From IMG/VR virus record IMGVR_UViG_3300045999_002371, positions 1 to 64,000 of that record: a DNA stretch of 64,000 nucleotides; one strand, written 5' to 3'. A model generated the notes under the pieces. That model saw nothing but the letters and a program-made list of their open reading frames with translations, was not told the DNA's origin and made no database searches. Every line of letters begins with the position of its first letter. Within the stretch, counting starts at the first letter, position 1. The position numbers were made by a program, and so were the translations under genes. Shown in pieces: positions 44,161 through 54,212 of the stretch. The DNA comes from a virus.

Positions 44161-44733
44161 TCAGCCTCCCATCAGCATCAGGGTGTCATTGAGTGAGCCA
44201 GTTCCACCAGAAGTAATTGTGATGTCAACATCTGTAGATGAATCAACCCAGATTGTTCCAGCAGCAAACGAAGAGCCTGTTGGCTGAGTGGCTGAGTAGA
44301 TAACTGGAACAAGTTCTTTAGAGCGGGTAAAAATGTGACCACTTGAGTTTACGTACGTAACGACTGAGTCACTAGAGTTTTTAAAACTTACAATATTTGC
44401 TGTCTGACTTGACTTAGCCTTTACGGTAAGTCCGACCTCGTCGTTCGCAGTCGATAGGATTGTAGACCCACCACTCAAGGATACATAGTCGTTGTACACA
44501 TCACTTAGACCATACTCAATGTTTGCAAGACGATCTTTGAGTGTATTCCAGTTAGTGGTGACTTGATCAAAGTCCCCTACCCACCCAGAGCCAGTCTTGA
44601 TGTAGGTTCCAATATTTGCCTGTAAAGAGTTGACTTCTTCTTGAAGACTGTTTACGTGTTCGGCAAGGACAGTGTCGGAGAAGTCAACCTTTGTAGTAAA
44701 GGACTTCACCGCTGCGGGATATGCTGCTGTCAC
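44161..44733 (-). CDS. Minor tail/structural protein
   Basis: A.YP...KSF..K.D...VLAEHVN.LQ.EV; tail gene context. Confidence 0.65.
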   Translation of the reverse strand: MTAAYPAAVKSFTTKVDFSDTVLAEHVNSLQEEVNSLQANIGTYIKTGSGWVGDFDQVTTNWNTLKDRLANIEYGLSDVYNDYVSLSGGSTILSTANDEVGLTVKAKSSQTANIVSFKNSSDSVVTYVNSSGHIFTRSKELVPVIYSATQPTGSSFAAGTIWVDSSTDVDITITSGGTGSLNDTLMLMGG

Positions 44734-44800
44734 GCTGTACTTCCTTCCAGACCTTGAGGTCTATTTTCTCTGGTTTGCCCCATATTTACTGCCTGAACTA

Positions 44801-45499
44801 TTACGCGACTTGGTTAATAGTTAGAATTACTGAAGGTATTCCTGGCACAACTCCACTGGGAGCAACTGCTGGAAGGAAGATACCTGTGTTAGTAACAGAC
44901 CCAACTACCTCAAAATAGTCTCCAGCCTTTGCTACTCCGTAAAAATTCCAGGCAGCAATAAACTCTGCGGTCGCTCCTTGGATAGCCACCTTGCTTGCTG
45001 AGTAAGGTACGTTTGACCCATTCTTTCTAAGCCAGATATATGCGTGCTCGGTGTTAGCACTAGATTTGTCAAACTGTGCTGAAAATTGGATGTTGTACGT
45101 TCCTGCTTGATCAACTCTCATCTTGGAACTGTCTACAAGTTTTACACCGCTCTCTACTTCTACAGTGTCGCACTGCATTGGGTAGACAGTGTTTATTGCA
45201 GCAGCGTTCATCGTTTGGGTGTTGTGCCATGCCCCATAACTAAAAAGACCTTTGTTACTTTCTTCTTTCCCAAATTCACCTATCCATAATGGAAACTCTG
45301 GGTCTCCACCTTGGTACATTATGAACACTCCATGACCGATTACTGGAGGGTTTGCTGTTGACTGTATTGGCCATACCCAATCAGTTATCTCAGCACCTGT
45401 TGCCTGTGACTGTACCTTAAGGCGCCGTAAATTTTTAGGGTCTTTGTTGTCAACAACAACCGCCCTGTAAACTCCATGAAGCCTCTTAATCGAGTCCAT
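44801..45499 (-). CDS. Baseplate spike (gp5/gpV OB-fold) with C-terminal jelly-roll domain
   Basis: GVYRAVVVDNKDP....RLKV...P..G..V.I...GGDP.FP.W.G. Confidence 0.85.
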   Translation of the reverse strand: MDSIKRLHGVYRAVVVDNKDPKNLRRLKVQSQATGAEITDWVWPIQSTANPPVIGHGVFIMYQGGDPEFPLWIGEFGKEESNKGLFSYGAWHNTQTMNAAAINTVYPMQCDTVEVESGVKLVDSSKMRVDQAGTYNIQFSAQFDKSSANTEHAYIWLRKNGSNVPYSASKVAIQGATAEFIAAWNFYGVAKAGDYFEVVGSVTNTGIFLPAVAPSGVVPGIPSVILTINQVA

Positions 45500-47058
45500 T
45501 AGATAGTTCCGATAGTTATGTTGTCCTCTTGGAATCGGAAGATCTCATCTGCTCCGCCAACAACCGTGTCTAAACCAGGATCTCCCGCTATGTGAAGAGC
45601 AGTAACCTTTACTGTTTTTACTCCAGGAACTTGATTGAGTGCAAACTCAATATCTTGTGGGTAGATTGTGTCTTGGAAGTTCATTCCGTTATAACCAAAA
45701 GAACTTAACAAAGTCTGTTTAAGAGCAAGTTCAATTTCTGCAGTTGTGTACTGGTCTTGTTTGGCGTACTCAAGTGTTATGAAAAGATCCACGTAGGTAG
45801 GTGGTTGAATGGTCACAGTCGTTCCCAACAAAATCTTATCTGACAAGTAAGTTTCAACATCTTCTTTTAGTCGATCATACTCAACCGTTGGATTTCCTAA
45901 ATCATCGAGTCCAGGAGCAAGGTCTGAGTCAATAGAACTTCTACTTGGTGCAATATAAACTGTAACAGAGGTCCACACCTCTGCAAGAGCGTTTGCTTTA
46001 CCAACTCCGCTTACTGCGAGGGAAAGGTCTTCGTAGTCTTGAAGAGTCACAGCACGGTTTGCTGCTCGTAACGCTGCTGGTGCAGAAACACGGATTTGCG
46101 CTGTTGTCTCTGGATCAGATCCACCAATTGCTGGGTCGGCATTTGTTACTGTAATAATTGCTTGTAAAGCCGTTGTCTCGTTAGTAGACAGTCCAGGAAC
46201 ATAGATAATGTCAACAAGTGTGTCACTCGGTACGTTACCGATCAATCCACCACCTACCATGTAGTTAACACGGATCTCTGAGTGAATTGTTGGGATAACG
46301 CCAGAGACACCATCTCCAAACAAGATGAACACATTGTTGTTTGCATCTGTGTTTACTTGATACACAAGATCGGTAGGACCACTATCTAATAGGTGTTGAA
46401 CTTGTGTCCACTTCGAATACACATCGCCGTCTTGAACATAGAGTTCTGTTGTTCCGTCAACAGACGGGGTTTCTCCTAGTTCAAACAGCATGCTAGGAAG
46501 CCCAGTAGAGGTACCGATCAGTTCACCATAGGTGTTTGCGTTGTCAGATACGACAGTTACGTAACGACCTTCTACTGCTGATACTTCTTCAGTTCCTGGA
46601 GTTTCATCTACTTGTGCATCTACAATTGCATCTGCCTGAGTTGTGAAGTAGAGGGTGCTGACTATGTCTCCAGAAATCACGTCTCCAGAGAGGACTGTGC
46701 CAGCAGGAATAGTCACTGCTTCATCAGACGTATTAGAGAAGGTTAAAGAGACAAAGGCTTGACGATAGCCAGCGGGGATATACCCGTAGGTTTGTGCAAT
46801 ATTGATGACGCTGTCTCGCTGAGTAGCGGTAGTGATGAGTGACTCGTTTGCGTTTCTGTCAATGTAGTAAGAGATCAGGTCACCCATGTAGGCAAACGCC
46901 TCAATCAGAGCAACGCCAAAGTCAGAAGGATCAGACGCTGTCCAGTTAGGAAGACGGTCTTGAACACGAGCAATCAACTCGTCACGTAGTACGTAGTAAT
47001 CTTTGCTTGTATAGTCAACTGAGATTGGGATACTTGAAACTGGTGTTACGTCACTCAT
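45499..47058 (-). CDS. Baseplate wedge protein (gp6/J-like)
   Basis: DYTSKD, SDFG..L.E..AY.GD, FGDG..G..P, GG.DPE, RAVT..DY. Confidence 0.9.
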   Translation of the reverse strand: MSDVTPVSSIPISVDYTSKDYYVLRDELIARVQDRLPNWTASDPSDFGVALIEAFAYMGDLISYYIDRNANESLITTATQRDSVINIAQTYGYIPAGYRQAFVSLTFSNTSDEAVTIPAGTVLSGDVISGDIVSTLYFTTQADAIVDAQVDETPGTEEVSAVEGRYVTVVSDNANTYGELIGTSTGLPSMLFELGETPSVDGTTELYVQDGDVYSKWTQVQHLLDSGPTDLVYQVNTDANNNVFILFGDGVSGVIPTIHSEIRVNYMVGGGLIGNVPSDTLVDIIYVPGLSTNETTALQAIITVTNADPAIGGSDPETTAQIRVSAPAALRAANRAVTLQDYEDLSLAVSGVGKANALAEVWTSVTVYIAPSRSSIDSDLAPGLDDLGNPTVEYDRLKEDVETYLSDKILLGTTVTIQPPTYVDLFITLEYAKQDQYTTAEIELALKQTLLSSFGYNGMNFQDTIYPQDIEFALNQVPGVKTVKVTALHIAGDPGLDTVVGGADEIFRFQEDNITIGTI

Positions 47059-47456
47059 AGCGTCTCCTGGTAGATCGGGTTGGTTCCTTGAATGTAAGCA
47101 ACACCAATAACTGTCTCAACTTGAGTATTATTGGGGAGGTCATACACTGTACTAACATTGATTATGCCAGTAAATTCGTCAAAAGTCGTGGTTACAGACT
47201 GGAGAGTAAGCAGAGGCAGTTGGATTTCAAAGGCTGCCTGTGTTTCACGTTCAATTAAGATAGAGGCGTCTTCCTGCGTACTAAATACTGAGTAAGGGAT
47301 CTCTGTACCGAACAGAGGCTGCATCACACGCTCTCGCAGTGCAGTACCTAAAACAGACCTTACACGGTCTGCCCATATCTTTTGCTGGTCACTTGAGACA
47401 GCGACCTTTCCGTAAGGATCAATCCGAAACGGAAGAGAGATTGCTACTTCAGCCAT
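47055..47456 (-). CDS. gp25/gpW-like baseplate wedge subunit
   Basis: LGT...ERVM.P.FG. Confidence 0.88.
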   Translation of the reverse strand: MAEVAISLPFRIDPYGKVAVSSDQQKIWADRVRSVLGTALRERVMQPLFGTEIPYSVFSTQEDASILIERETQAAFEIQLPLLTLQSVTTTFDEFTGIINVSTVYDLPNNTQVETVIGVAYIQGTNPIYQETL

Positions 47457-48712
47457 TATTTACCCACCCATCTACTTGGTGTAACTTTAAACCCAGCATT
47501 AGATTTATTGACTAACATTTGAGGAGCACGAAGTGTAGTAACTGTTGGCTTACTTGATACTCCTGTACTTAACTCTTGTTGTATGTTTCTGACAGGTACC
47601 ACAGAGGCAGATTCGGGACGAAATGCTGAAGATTTGTTTCTTCCCGTTCCGTCTGTCATGCAAGTAAACTCAACTTCATACCGACCATCGTAGTAGCATT
47701 GATGGAGTGTCTTTTTTACAATCCAGTTTCCGTCAGTAGTAGAACCAGTTCCATTAATCTCCACAGTTCTGTATGGAGCAATTCGTGGGTCACCCTGGCT
47801 TGCAGTATCTGCAGTGATTGAAAAACGAGAGAGTTGAGCATGGGCATTAGCAATAAGTTCTGCCATGTGTGCATTACCTGTCATGGCACCTGGCAGTGCC
47901 TCGACAAATAACGGGTCTGCATTTGAGGTTCTTAAGTTCTTACCAACTGTAGTAGGGGACTTTGACGAAGAGTAGAACTTTGCCGTTACAGGATCAACTC
48001 CATGAACAATCTTATCTTTCTTAGAGTTAGAATCCTTGTCCATGTAGTCTCCTACTTTTGGCTTAAACATATCCAAAGTCTGAGAATTGAACTCGCTCCA
48101 AATATTTCCAACAGGATCAAAGAAAGAAAGTACTGGGATAGTTGTTATGAACTTGTCAATCATTTTGTCAATAGGATGAAAATGCAACTCTGTTCCACTG
48201 ACCTGTGCTACGTAACCAATACGACCAGCAAGTTCTTGTATCTTTTCCCAGTAGGTGTGGTTGAGCATAGACTGCTGACTAAAGATCATTGGATGAGGCG
48301 TTACTACAGGCTTTAGTTTAAACTTCTTAGCAATCTCAATGACGATGTCTGGAGCAGTTTTGTTCTTCCAGATTTTGTTTCCGCCCTCTTTTAAAGGGAG
48401 AGAAGCACCTATTGCTCTAATTGTCACTGGACGACGAAGTGTTTGCTGTGTGATCGGTGTGTAATCTACGATATACCCAAAGAACTCACCTACAATATTA
48501 TTTGAGGTCTTCCACTTTAGTGCTACAGTCGCTCCTGTTTTGAGGCCTTTGTAAAAGACATTGCTGTCTCGTAGGTAGGTTATCTCTAACACATCTTGTT
48601 TTCCTGCTTCTTGCATTAGTGTGAACCCTTTTGGTATAACTTTAAAACTTGGAAAGTCTGGGTAGTTAACAGTAAAGGATGTTCCTAAACGATTCTGTGT
48701 GGTTTTATTCAT
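47456..48712 (-). CDS. Baseplate hub (gpD/gp27-like)
   Basis: F.GYI, I..IA.K..L, Q...T.W..I..LA.R.G, GDP.I, G.W.V....H. Confidence 0.8.
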   Translation of the reverse strand: MNKTTQNRLGTSFTVNYPDFPSFKVIPKGFTLMQEAGKQDVLEITYLRDSNVFYKGLKTGATVALKWKTSNNIVGEFFGYIVDYTPITQQTLRRPVTIRAIGASLPLKEGGNKIWKNKTAPDIVIEIAKKFKLKPVVTPHPMIFSQQSMLNHTYWEKIQELAGRIGYVAQVSGTELHFHPIDKMIDKFITTIPVLSFFDPVGNIWSEFNSQTLDMFKPKVGDYMDKDSNSKKDKIVHGVDPVTAKFYSSSKSPTTVGKNLRTSNADPLFVEALPGAMTGNAHMAELIANAHAQLSRFSITADTASQGDPRIAPYRTVEINGTGSTTDGNWIVKKTLHQCYYDGRYEVEFTCMTDGTGRNKSSAFRPESASVVPVRNIQQELSTGVSSKPTVTTLRAPQMLVNKSNAGFKVTPSRWVGK

Positions 48713-48980
48713 TAGGAATCCTTAGTACAGTTCCTGGGAGGATATTCAAAGGGTCAATAATTTCTGGATTAATGTCCATAATTTGCCACCACAAATTGGT
48801 AGACCCAAGAAACTTTAGAGAAACTCTGTCTAGACGATCTGTTTCAACCCAGGTGTAAGAGAAGTAAGCAACACTGTAACTTGGGAACAATCTAAATACT
48901 GTTAACTCATAGGTGTCAGTTCGTGAGTCGTAAGCCTTAAACAAAGGGCCATCAGCGTATCTGCTGTCTAGGTAAATCAT
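48705..48980 (-). CDS. LysM-like tail protein (gpX/gp53-like)
   Basis: DRLD......LG...LWW.I.D.NP...P..I.PG..LRIP. Confidence 0.85.
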   Translation of the reverse strand: MIYLDSRYADGPLFKAYDSRTDTYELTVFRLFPSYSVAYFSYTWVETDRLDRVSLKFLGSTNLWWQIMDINPEIIDPLNILPGTVLRIPNE

Positions 48981-50254
48981 TAAATGAATCCCCCATTTCT
49001 TTGTCTGATTCGTGCTAAGTCAACAGGAGGTTGAGTAACTTGGATTGGAGTCCCAGGACCATCGTTGTAACGGCCGCAAACAAATCTTACTGTTGACAGG
49101 ATAGGAACCATTCTGTTGTTAAACATCGCATGGTTAATTGAGATTTCATTAATACGTATTCTGTAACGCATTCCAGCGCCCAGATGAAGTTCTAGTGAGG
49201 AAGGGATTAACCATCCAGCATCAGCAGTTAATCCATTAAACTTGGAAGTAAAGGTTGCTCGTGGACCGTTTATAGTCTTAAAGAAGTACTCTAAGTCATA
49301 CATAGTTCCACGATCGTAAATTTGTTTTCTTTCAGCAATAGGTACATCAATTTGGCCATAAGGGTAAGCACCTACAAGCGAACCATCTGACTTTAAATGA
49401 TTAAAGTCTGCAATTCTATTAAGTAGTACTTCAAAAACAACTGTACTTGTAATGAGGTTAGCACTTACGGGGTTGAATACTTCACCTCCTGAAGACATGT
49501 ACTCAGGGTCCATCTGTGATTGAACGCCCCAGCCCATACTTACAGTTGTAGGGTTGTAAAGAAATTTAAATCCATACATCTGTTTGTCAAGTTTTACTAC
49601 ATCTTTTTTTTGCGAGTTAGCAATATTCTTGACGTACTCTCTATCCATCTGGATAGTTCCACGTCCACCATTGACTCCACGCCAAGCACTATAGGCATCG
49701 TTAAACACTGGAGCATTTATTGGGAATCCCTTGGTGTCTGCTGTTCCACCTATTGAGTCTGCAGAGATACCTTGTCCTAAATATGCTCCAGCAACCAACG
49801 GTGCGTTGTACTTGTACTCTGTAGAGAACTCAACGTTACCTCCTTGATCGGTGACGGTATTTGTTGTTGAATTCCCGTTAGCACCTGGTTTTTCTGGTAC
49901 CGAAGGCTTCTTACCTAGAATTGTGTTGATCTTGTTTTGTGTATCAACCTTCTTCTTTTCCAACGCAACAATATCTTTCTTGGTTGCTGTAATTCTGTCA
50001 CGAATTATTTGACGAGCAGCCAATAGGTTATCAATGACAGTTGGATTGGTCTCTGTCTGTAAATCTTCAGTAATACCTTTGATAAGTTTTTCGTCTTTAG
50101 TGATGTTCTCTTTTTTTGTTTTAATGTCTTTTTCAATAGACTTAACTTGATCCCTGTAAGCATTGAGGGCATTTTTTACGTAGGCAGCATCTTGAATTCT
50201 TTGTCGTTCATTACGAATGCCTGAACCGCCTGTATAACGTCGTCTTGGCGCCAT
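48980..50254 (-). CDS. Tail-tube initiator-like protein with N-terminal coiled coil
   Basis: FLYNPTTV...I.H.MF...MVP; position after the tape measure gene. Confidence 0.65.
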   Translation of the reverse strand: MAPRRRYTGGSGIRNERQRIQDAAYVKNALNAYRDQVKSIEKDIKTKKENITKDEKLIKGITEDLQTETNPTVIDNLLAARQIIRDRITATKKDIVALEKKKVDTQNKINTILGKKPSVPEKPGANGNSTTNTVTDQGGNVEFSTEYKYNAPLVAGAYLGQGISADSIGGTADTKGFPINAPVFNDAYSAWRGVNGGRGTIQMDREYVKNIANSQKKDVVKLDKQMYGFKFLYNPTTVSMGWGVQSQMDPEYMSSGGEVFNPVSANLITSTVVFEVLLNRIADFNHLKSDGSLVGAYPYGQIDVPIAERKQIYDRGTMYDLEYFFKTINGPRATFTSKFNGLTADAGWLIPSSLELHLGAGMRYRIRINEISINHAMFNNRMVPILSTVRFVCGRYNDGPGTPIQVTQPPVDLARIRQRNGGFI

Positions 50255-52614
50255 TATGAACCACCTATCATTGATATCTCTTTATCATGGTCAAGGTAGT
50301 CCTTAACCTTTTTGGCAAAACGAATAGCGTCTTGATCTGTTGCTTGATCAAACTTAATGGTGACATTAACGGTCTTACTTCCTGATTGAAGTTGAGTTGG
50401 CATTGACGCTCCGTAACCAACGTCTCCTCCACCAGTGATGCCTAACTTCTTTGAAGTATTAGTCCAAGCATTCGTCCATTTTGTTCCGCCCTTTGAAATG
50501 TCATACGCAATACGGGCATTGATTGCTGGATCGTAAAGACTCTCTGGACCTGTGTATCCAATTCCTGCATACTCTTTTAAGTACTGTTCGTTTCTTCTTT
50601 TGCCTAAATTACCAATCATGTTTACTTGGAATAACCCAAGGGAGTAATCTCCTGTTTTTGCATTAGGGTTTAATGCACTAGGACGGCCACCTGACTCTGC
50701 ACGGACTACACGGAAGGCTGTTTCTAGAGAGGAGCCACTAAACCCTGCACCAGAAAGAACACTTATAAGTTCTGAGTTACTCAATGCTCCTTTAGCAACT
50801 GGACCATCAATTGACATGGTTGCACCAATCGAAGCGCTTGAATTGCTTGCAGCACCAGTGCCAAGAAGTTCACTTGATATAGGGGAAACAAATCCGCTTA
50901 CGTATTGTCCTCCCAATAAAGATGTAGCACCCGTATACCCAGCAGGATCTACTGGGTTGTTCTTTCCTTTTCGTAGTTCAAAGTGTAAGTGTGGTCCACT
51001 AGAGTTTCCTGTATCTCCAGACTTTCCAATTCTTTGTCCTGCTTTAACGGTGTCCCCTGCGTTCACTTCTTTTGCACTGAGGTGCCCGTAGATACTCTGC
51101 ATACCGTCAGCGTGTTCAATCATTACTGCTGTTCCGTAGCCTGCGTCTAGAACTTGGTTAGAAACAACTCCATCTTTCCAAGAGATAACTGGAGTTCCAA
51201 TTGGGACTGCGTAATCTGTTCCCTTATGTGTTCCGTTAGTACCGCTCCACATATCGCCCTTGTCACCGTACGCAGCGGTTATTCCTGCTGCAACTGGCGC
51301 AGTACCTGAGGCTCCGCCCTTACCGAATCCTCCACCATAACCAGAGCGTCCTCCACCTTTTCCTCCAGTAAACGCCTGCACAAGCCTACTAATACCAGCA
51401 CTAAACAGAGATGCAGTTACAGCAAGTCCAGCACCAACGTTGGTAGCGCCAACTCCTCCAACTAAACCCTTCATCTGGGATAGAGGTTGGATAACATTTT
51501 CTAGGGCACGGTTAAATGCTTCAACTGTATCTGCAGCATTTTCAAATCCTTTAATCATTGATGATTCGCCTTTAGTCATCAACGATGTTTGAGAGGCGTT
51601 TAGTCGTCCTTGAGCAGTGAGCATTGTGTTTGAATTTTTATCTGTGCCTTGTGCATTTCCACGTTTTGCAAGATCTGGATCTCGTCCAGCAGATAGGTCG
51701 ATCATTGCTTGGTACAGCATCTCTTGCTGTGCAGGATCAAACCCCATAGTCCTTAAGTTTGCACCCAGTGCTCCACGCTGATAAGACTCACGTACTTGTT
51801 GAGTGGTTGCTTTTCCTCCACCCATTACATTCATCAACTCTTTTGCAAGTTGTCCTGGAGTTTTTTCTTTTCCAGAAGCATCTCGTGTGCTGATACCGTA
51901 CTGATAGAGGTTTGCTGCCATAGGGCCAGTTTGGAATCCAGCAATAGCCTGTGTTGCTACGGCGTTGTCCATTCCTAAGTACTTATAGGCTCCACCAATT
52001 TGAGCAGAAGCCTGTAGATAGTTTGCGCTTCCTGGTGTGTATCCACGACCAGCAAGTCCTGCGGCAACAATTGCATCAGAACCGACGCTCGAAATTCCTC
52101 CACCCATTGCGCCAAACGTTGCACGCTGTAATTGATTACGACTAATTCCTGGTGCTGTTAATCCTGCTTGGTAGTAACCAAGTGCACGACCCATAGTCAG
52201 TGAGAGATCAGGAGTTGCAGCGTAAGCACCAGCAGGCAGTGCCATCGCCATCTTTGCTATACCACCAAAAGCCTTAAACGTGTCTGCTGTTACCTCTGCA
52301 GGTTCTCTTCCTTCTTCAGCAAAAGAGGTTTTGCTTCTTGATATCTGACTAGTTCCACCAGCATTAGACATGCCTGTTGGTGCAGGAGGCTGTGTAAACC
52401 GTGCATTATCTGTGCCTGTTCCAGGGCGGGTTGTTCCTTGACCCAACCCCATTGCACCGCCAGAGGTGTTTATAGCAGCACTTACATTTGTGAATGCCTT
52501 ACCAGCAACAGCGTTTAACTTTTCAATAGACTTATAAAGGGACTCAACCTCTTTGGTTAGACCACGGGTCTCTGTAGTCAGCGACTTGATGTTCGCAACC
52601 ATCTTGTTAGCCAT
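50254..52614 (-). CDS. Tape measure protein with C-terminal M23 peptidase and lytic transglycosylase domains
   Basis: HKGTD...YGHL...SG.TGNSSGPHLHFE; AESGG...GLFQVN. Confidence 0.88.
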   Translation of the reverse strand: MANKMVANIKSLTTETRGLTKEVESLYKSIEKLNAVAGKAFTNVSAAINTSGGAMGLGQGTTRPGTGTDNARFTQPPAPTGMSNAGGTSQISRSKTSFAEEGREPAEVTADTFKAFGGIAKMAMALPAGAYAATPDLSLTMGRALGYYQAGLTAPGISRNQLQRATFGAMGGGISSVGSDAIVAAGLAGRGYTPGSANYLQASAQIGGAYKYLGMDNAVATQAIAGFQTGPMAANLYQYGISTRDASGKEKTPGQLAKELMNVMGGGKATTQQVRESYQRGALGANLRTMGFDPAQQEMLYQAMIDLSAGRDPDLAKRGNAQGTDKNSNTMLTAQGRLNASQTSLMTKGESSMIKGFENAADTVEAFNRALENVIQPLSQMKGLVGGVGATNVGAGLAVTASLFSAGISRLVQAFTGGKGGGRSGYGGGFGKGGASGTAPVAAGITAAYGDKGDMWSGTNGTHKGTDYAVPIGTPVISWKDGVVSNQVLDAGYGTAVMIEHADGMQSIYGHLSAKEVNAGDTVKAGQRIGKSGDTGNSSGPHLHFELRKGKNNPVDPAGYTGATSLLGGQYVSGFVSPISSELLGTGAASNSSASIGATMSIDGPVAKGALSNSELISVLSGAGFSGSSLETAFRVVRAESGGRPSALNPNAKTGDYSLGLFQVNMIGNLGKRRNEQYLKEYAGIGYTGPESLYDPAINARIAYDISKGGTKWTNAWTNTSKKLGITGGGDVGYGASMPTQLQSGSKTVNVTIKFDQATDQDAIRFAKKVKDYLDHDKEISMIGGS

Positions 52615-52616
52615 GA

Positions 52617-52775
52617 CTACCCCTTTCTACTAGTTTTGCTGGCTATCTCTAGCCAGTTTCCTCGTTCTCTTACTGACAAAGATTTGATCTCTGTCAGTGT
52701 CCATCCGCTGTACTCGTTAGTTAAGACCGACCATTCCGCAAGTAAATGCGTATATGGAGTGACGCTAGAAGCGAA
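52617..52775 (-). CDS. Second tail-assembly-chaperone segment (GT/E'-like), probably reached by frameshift
   Basis: GWTLTEIKSL..RER..W; no start codon downstream of the upstream stop. Confidence 0.6.
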   Translation of the reverse strand, partial: FASSVTPYTHLLAEWSVLTNEYSGWTLTEIKSLSVRERGNWLEIASKTSRKG

Positions 52776-53574
52776 ACAAGGCCCCGAAATTAACGGGAAC
52801 AGATACCTCACTTTCGCAGTCAGGGCATGTCACCTTAACCACATCAAACTGAGGTCCACACAAGCGCTTGTTGATTGCGTCACTAATCGTGCGACGATCT
52901 ACAAGGCCCAAATTCTGTACTTGAAGTTTGCTGAGTACTGGTGAGTCATCGATCTTTATCACTGTATTCTCTAGCATGATGGTTGTTAGTTCCGCAGATG
53001 TCTTGTCAGAGTTCAGTAGCATTTCTTTTTGAGTGATGCCTGTAGGAAGTTGAACTGTGTATTTACGGGTTTTTCCATCTACAGTAAACACTCGATCGTT
53101 TATTGGATCCATCAAAGCCTTGACTTTAATGTCTGTATCAAGATCGATCTGTACGGTCTTTACTTCTTCGCAACCTTCGCAGTAGCCACCAAGATCAGCA
53201 GTCTTACCAAAAGTTGCTTTCATAATTCCTAGAACAAGCATGTCTCTGTCACCAGAGAGGAGTTGATCCAGTAACTTTTCATCGGCTTTTTGATTACCAA
53301 CTCGAACTGTTCCACGACTAAGGATCGTTAACATCGCTTTACCGATGTTAGAAGTACGAGCAATCGCTTCTTCATCAGAGCCGTTTAGTTCACGAACCTC
53401 GGCATCCGTGATGATCTCCCCAGTGGCTGTTAAGTAGCCACCAGGGAGAGTCACAGTATTGTCCGAAGGAGATGTAATCTTTACTTCTTCCTGTACTGGC
53501 GTTTCTGCCAGTGCAGAGTTAATCAAGTTATTTGCCAATGCGGGATTAGCCGCTGCACTAATTGTTTTCGTCAT
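52765..53574 (-). CDS. Tail assembly chaperone / T4 gp26-like baseplate hub assembly protein
   Basis: V.LPGG, VREL.G.DEE, L.GDR..L...I...TFG, CxxC twice. Confidence 0.8.
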   Translation of the reverse strand: MTKTISAAANPALANNLINSALAETPVQEEVKITSPSDNTVTLPGGYLTATGEIITDAEVRELNGSDEEAIARTSNIGKAMLTILSRGTVRVGNQKADEKLLDQLLSGDRDMLVLGIMKATFGKTADLGGYCEGCEEVKTVQIDLDTDIKVKALMDPINDRVFTVDGKTRKYTVQLPTGITQKEMLLNSDKTSAELTTIMLENTVIKIDDSPVLSKLQVQNLGLVDRRTISDAINKRLCGPQFDVVKVTCPDCESEVSVPVNFGALFRF

Positions 53575-53586
53575 GTTAGTCCTTTG

Positions 53587-54192
53587 TTAGTATGTAGCCG
53601 CTGATGCTTCGTAGTTTGTTGCCCAGTTGATGTCAAAGCCTTCATGTACAAGTGTCATCTGCTCTACGAGTAGTGCGTTGTCACCTGCGTTTAGGTCTGA
53701 GTATGCAACTGATGTAGGCCATGCGTTGTACACTTTGAAGCGCATCGCTACGTGATCCTCTGATGTTGTTGTTGTGTCGTTTGCATTTGGTGATCCAGGG
53801 ATTGGGTGTGATAGAACTGCAATCTCTAGGTCACAACGAAAGTTCTGATCTACTCCACGAGTTGTTCCAGCAGCAGTTACTGTTGCGAATAAGTTACGCA
53901 TCCAATCCCAGTTCTGCTTTGTTCCTAGGACTACGCCACGCTGTAGTGTTAGGGGTGTGAAAGTTGTCTGACCAGGAATCTGGTGGACAGTGGTGTTGTA
54001 ACCACCTTCACGGTAAGGGATAGAGTCAGTTGCAACCGACAATCCCGACACAGAGGTAAAGCCAATAGTTGCCTGAGTTAGACCAAGGCCATTATTAGCA
54101 AACCCTCCTTGTGGTTGAAACGTAACTAAAAATCGAAAGTTACGTAATGGATCAGTCAGTAGTGTTGACCGATTGTTAATTACTGTTGCCAT
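53587..54192 (-). CDS. Tail tube protein (T4 gp19-like)
   Basis: DPLRNFRF.V, GF..VSGL, YREGG, PG...F..LTL.RG, NAWP......L.A. Confidence 0.93.
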   Translation of the reverse strand: MATVINNRSTLLTDPLRNFRFLVTFQPQGGFANNGLGLTQATIGFTSVSGLSVATDSIPYREGGYNTTVHQIPGQTTFTPLTLQRGVVLGTKQNWDWMRNLFATVTAAGTTRGVDQNFRCDLEIAVLSHPIPGSPNANDTTTTSEDHVAMRFKVYNAWPTSVAYSDLNAGDNALLVEQMTLVHEGFDINWATNYEASAATY

Positions 54193-54212
54193 TTATTTGT
54201 TTCTCCTTCGGT

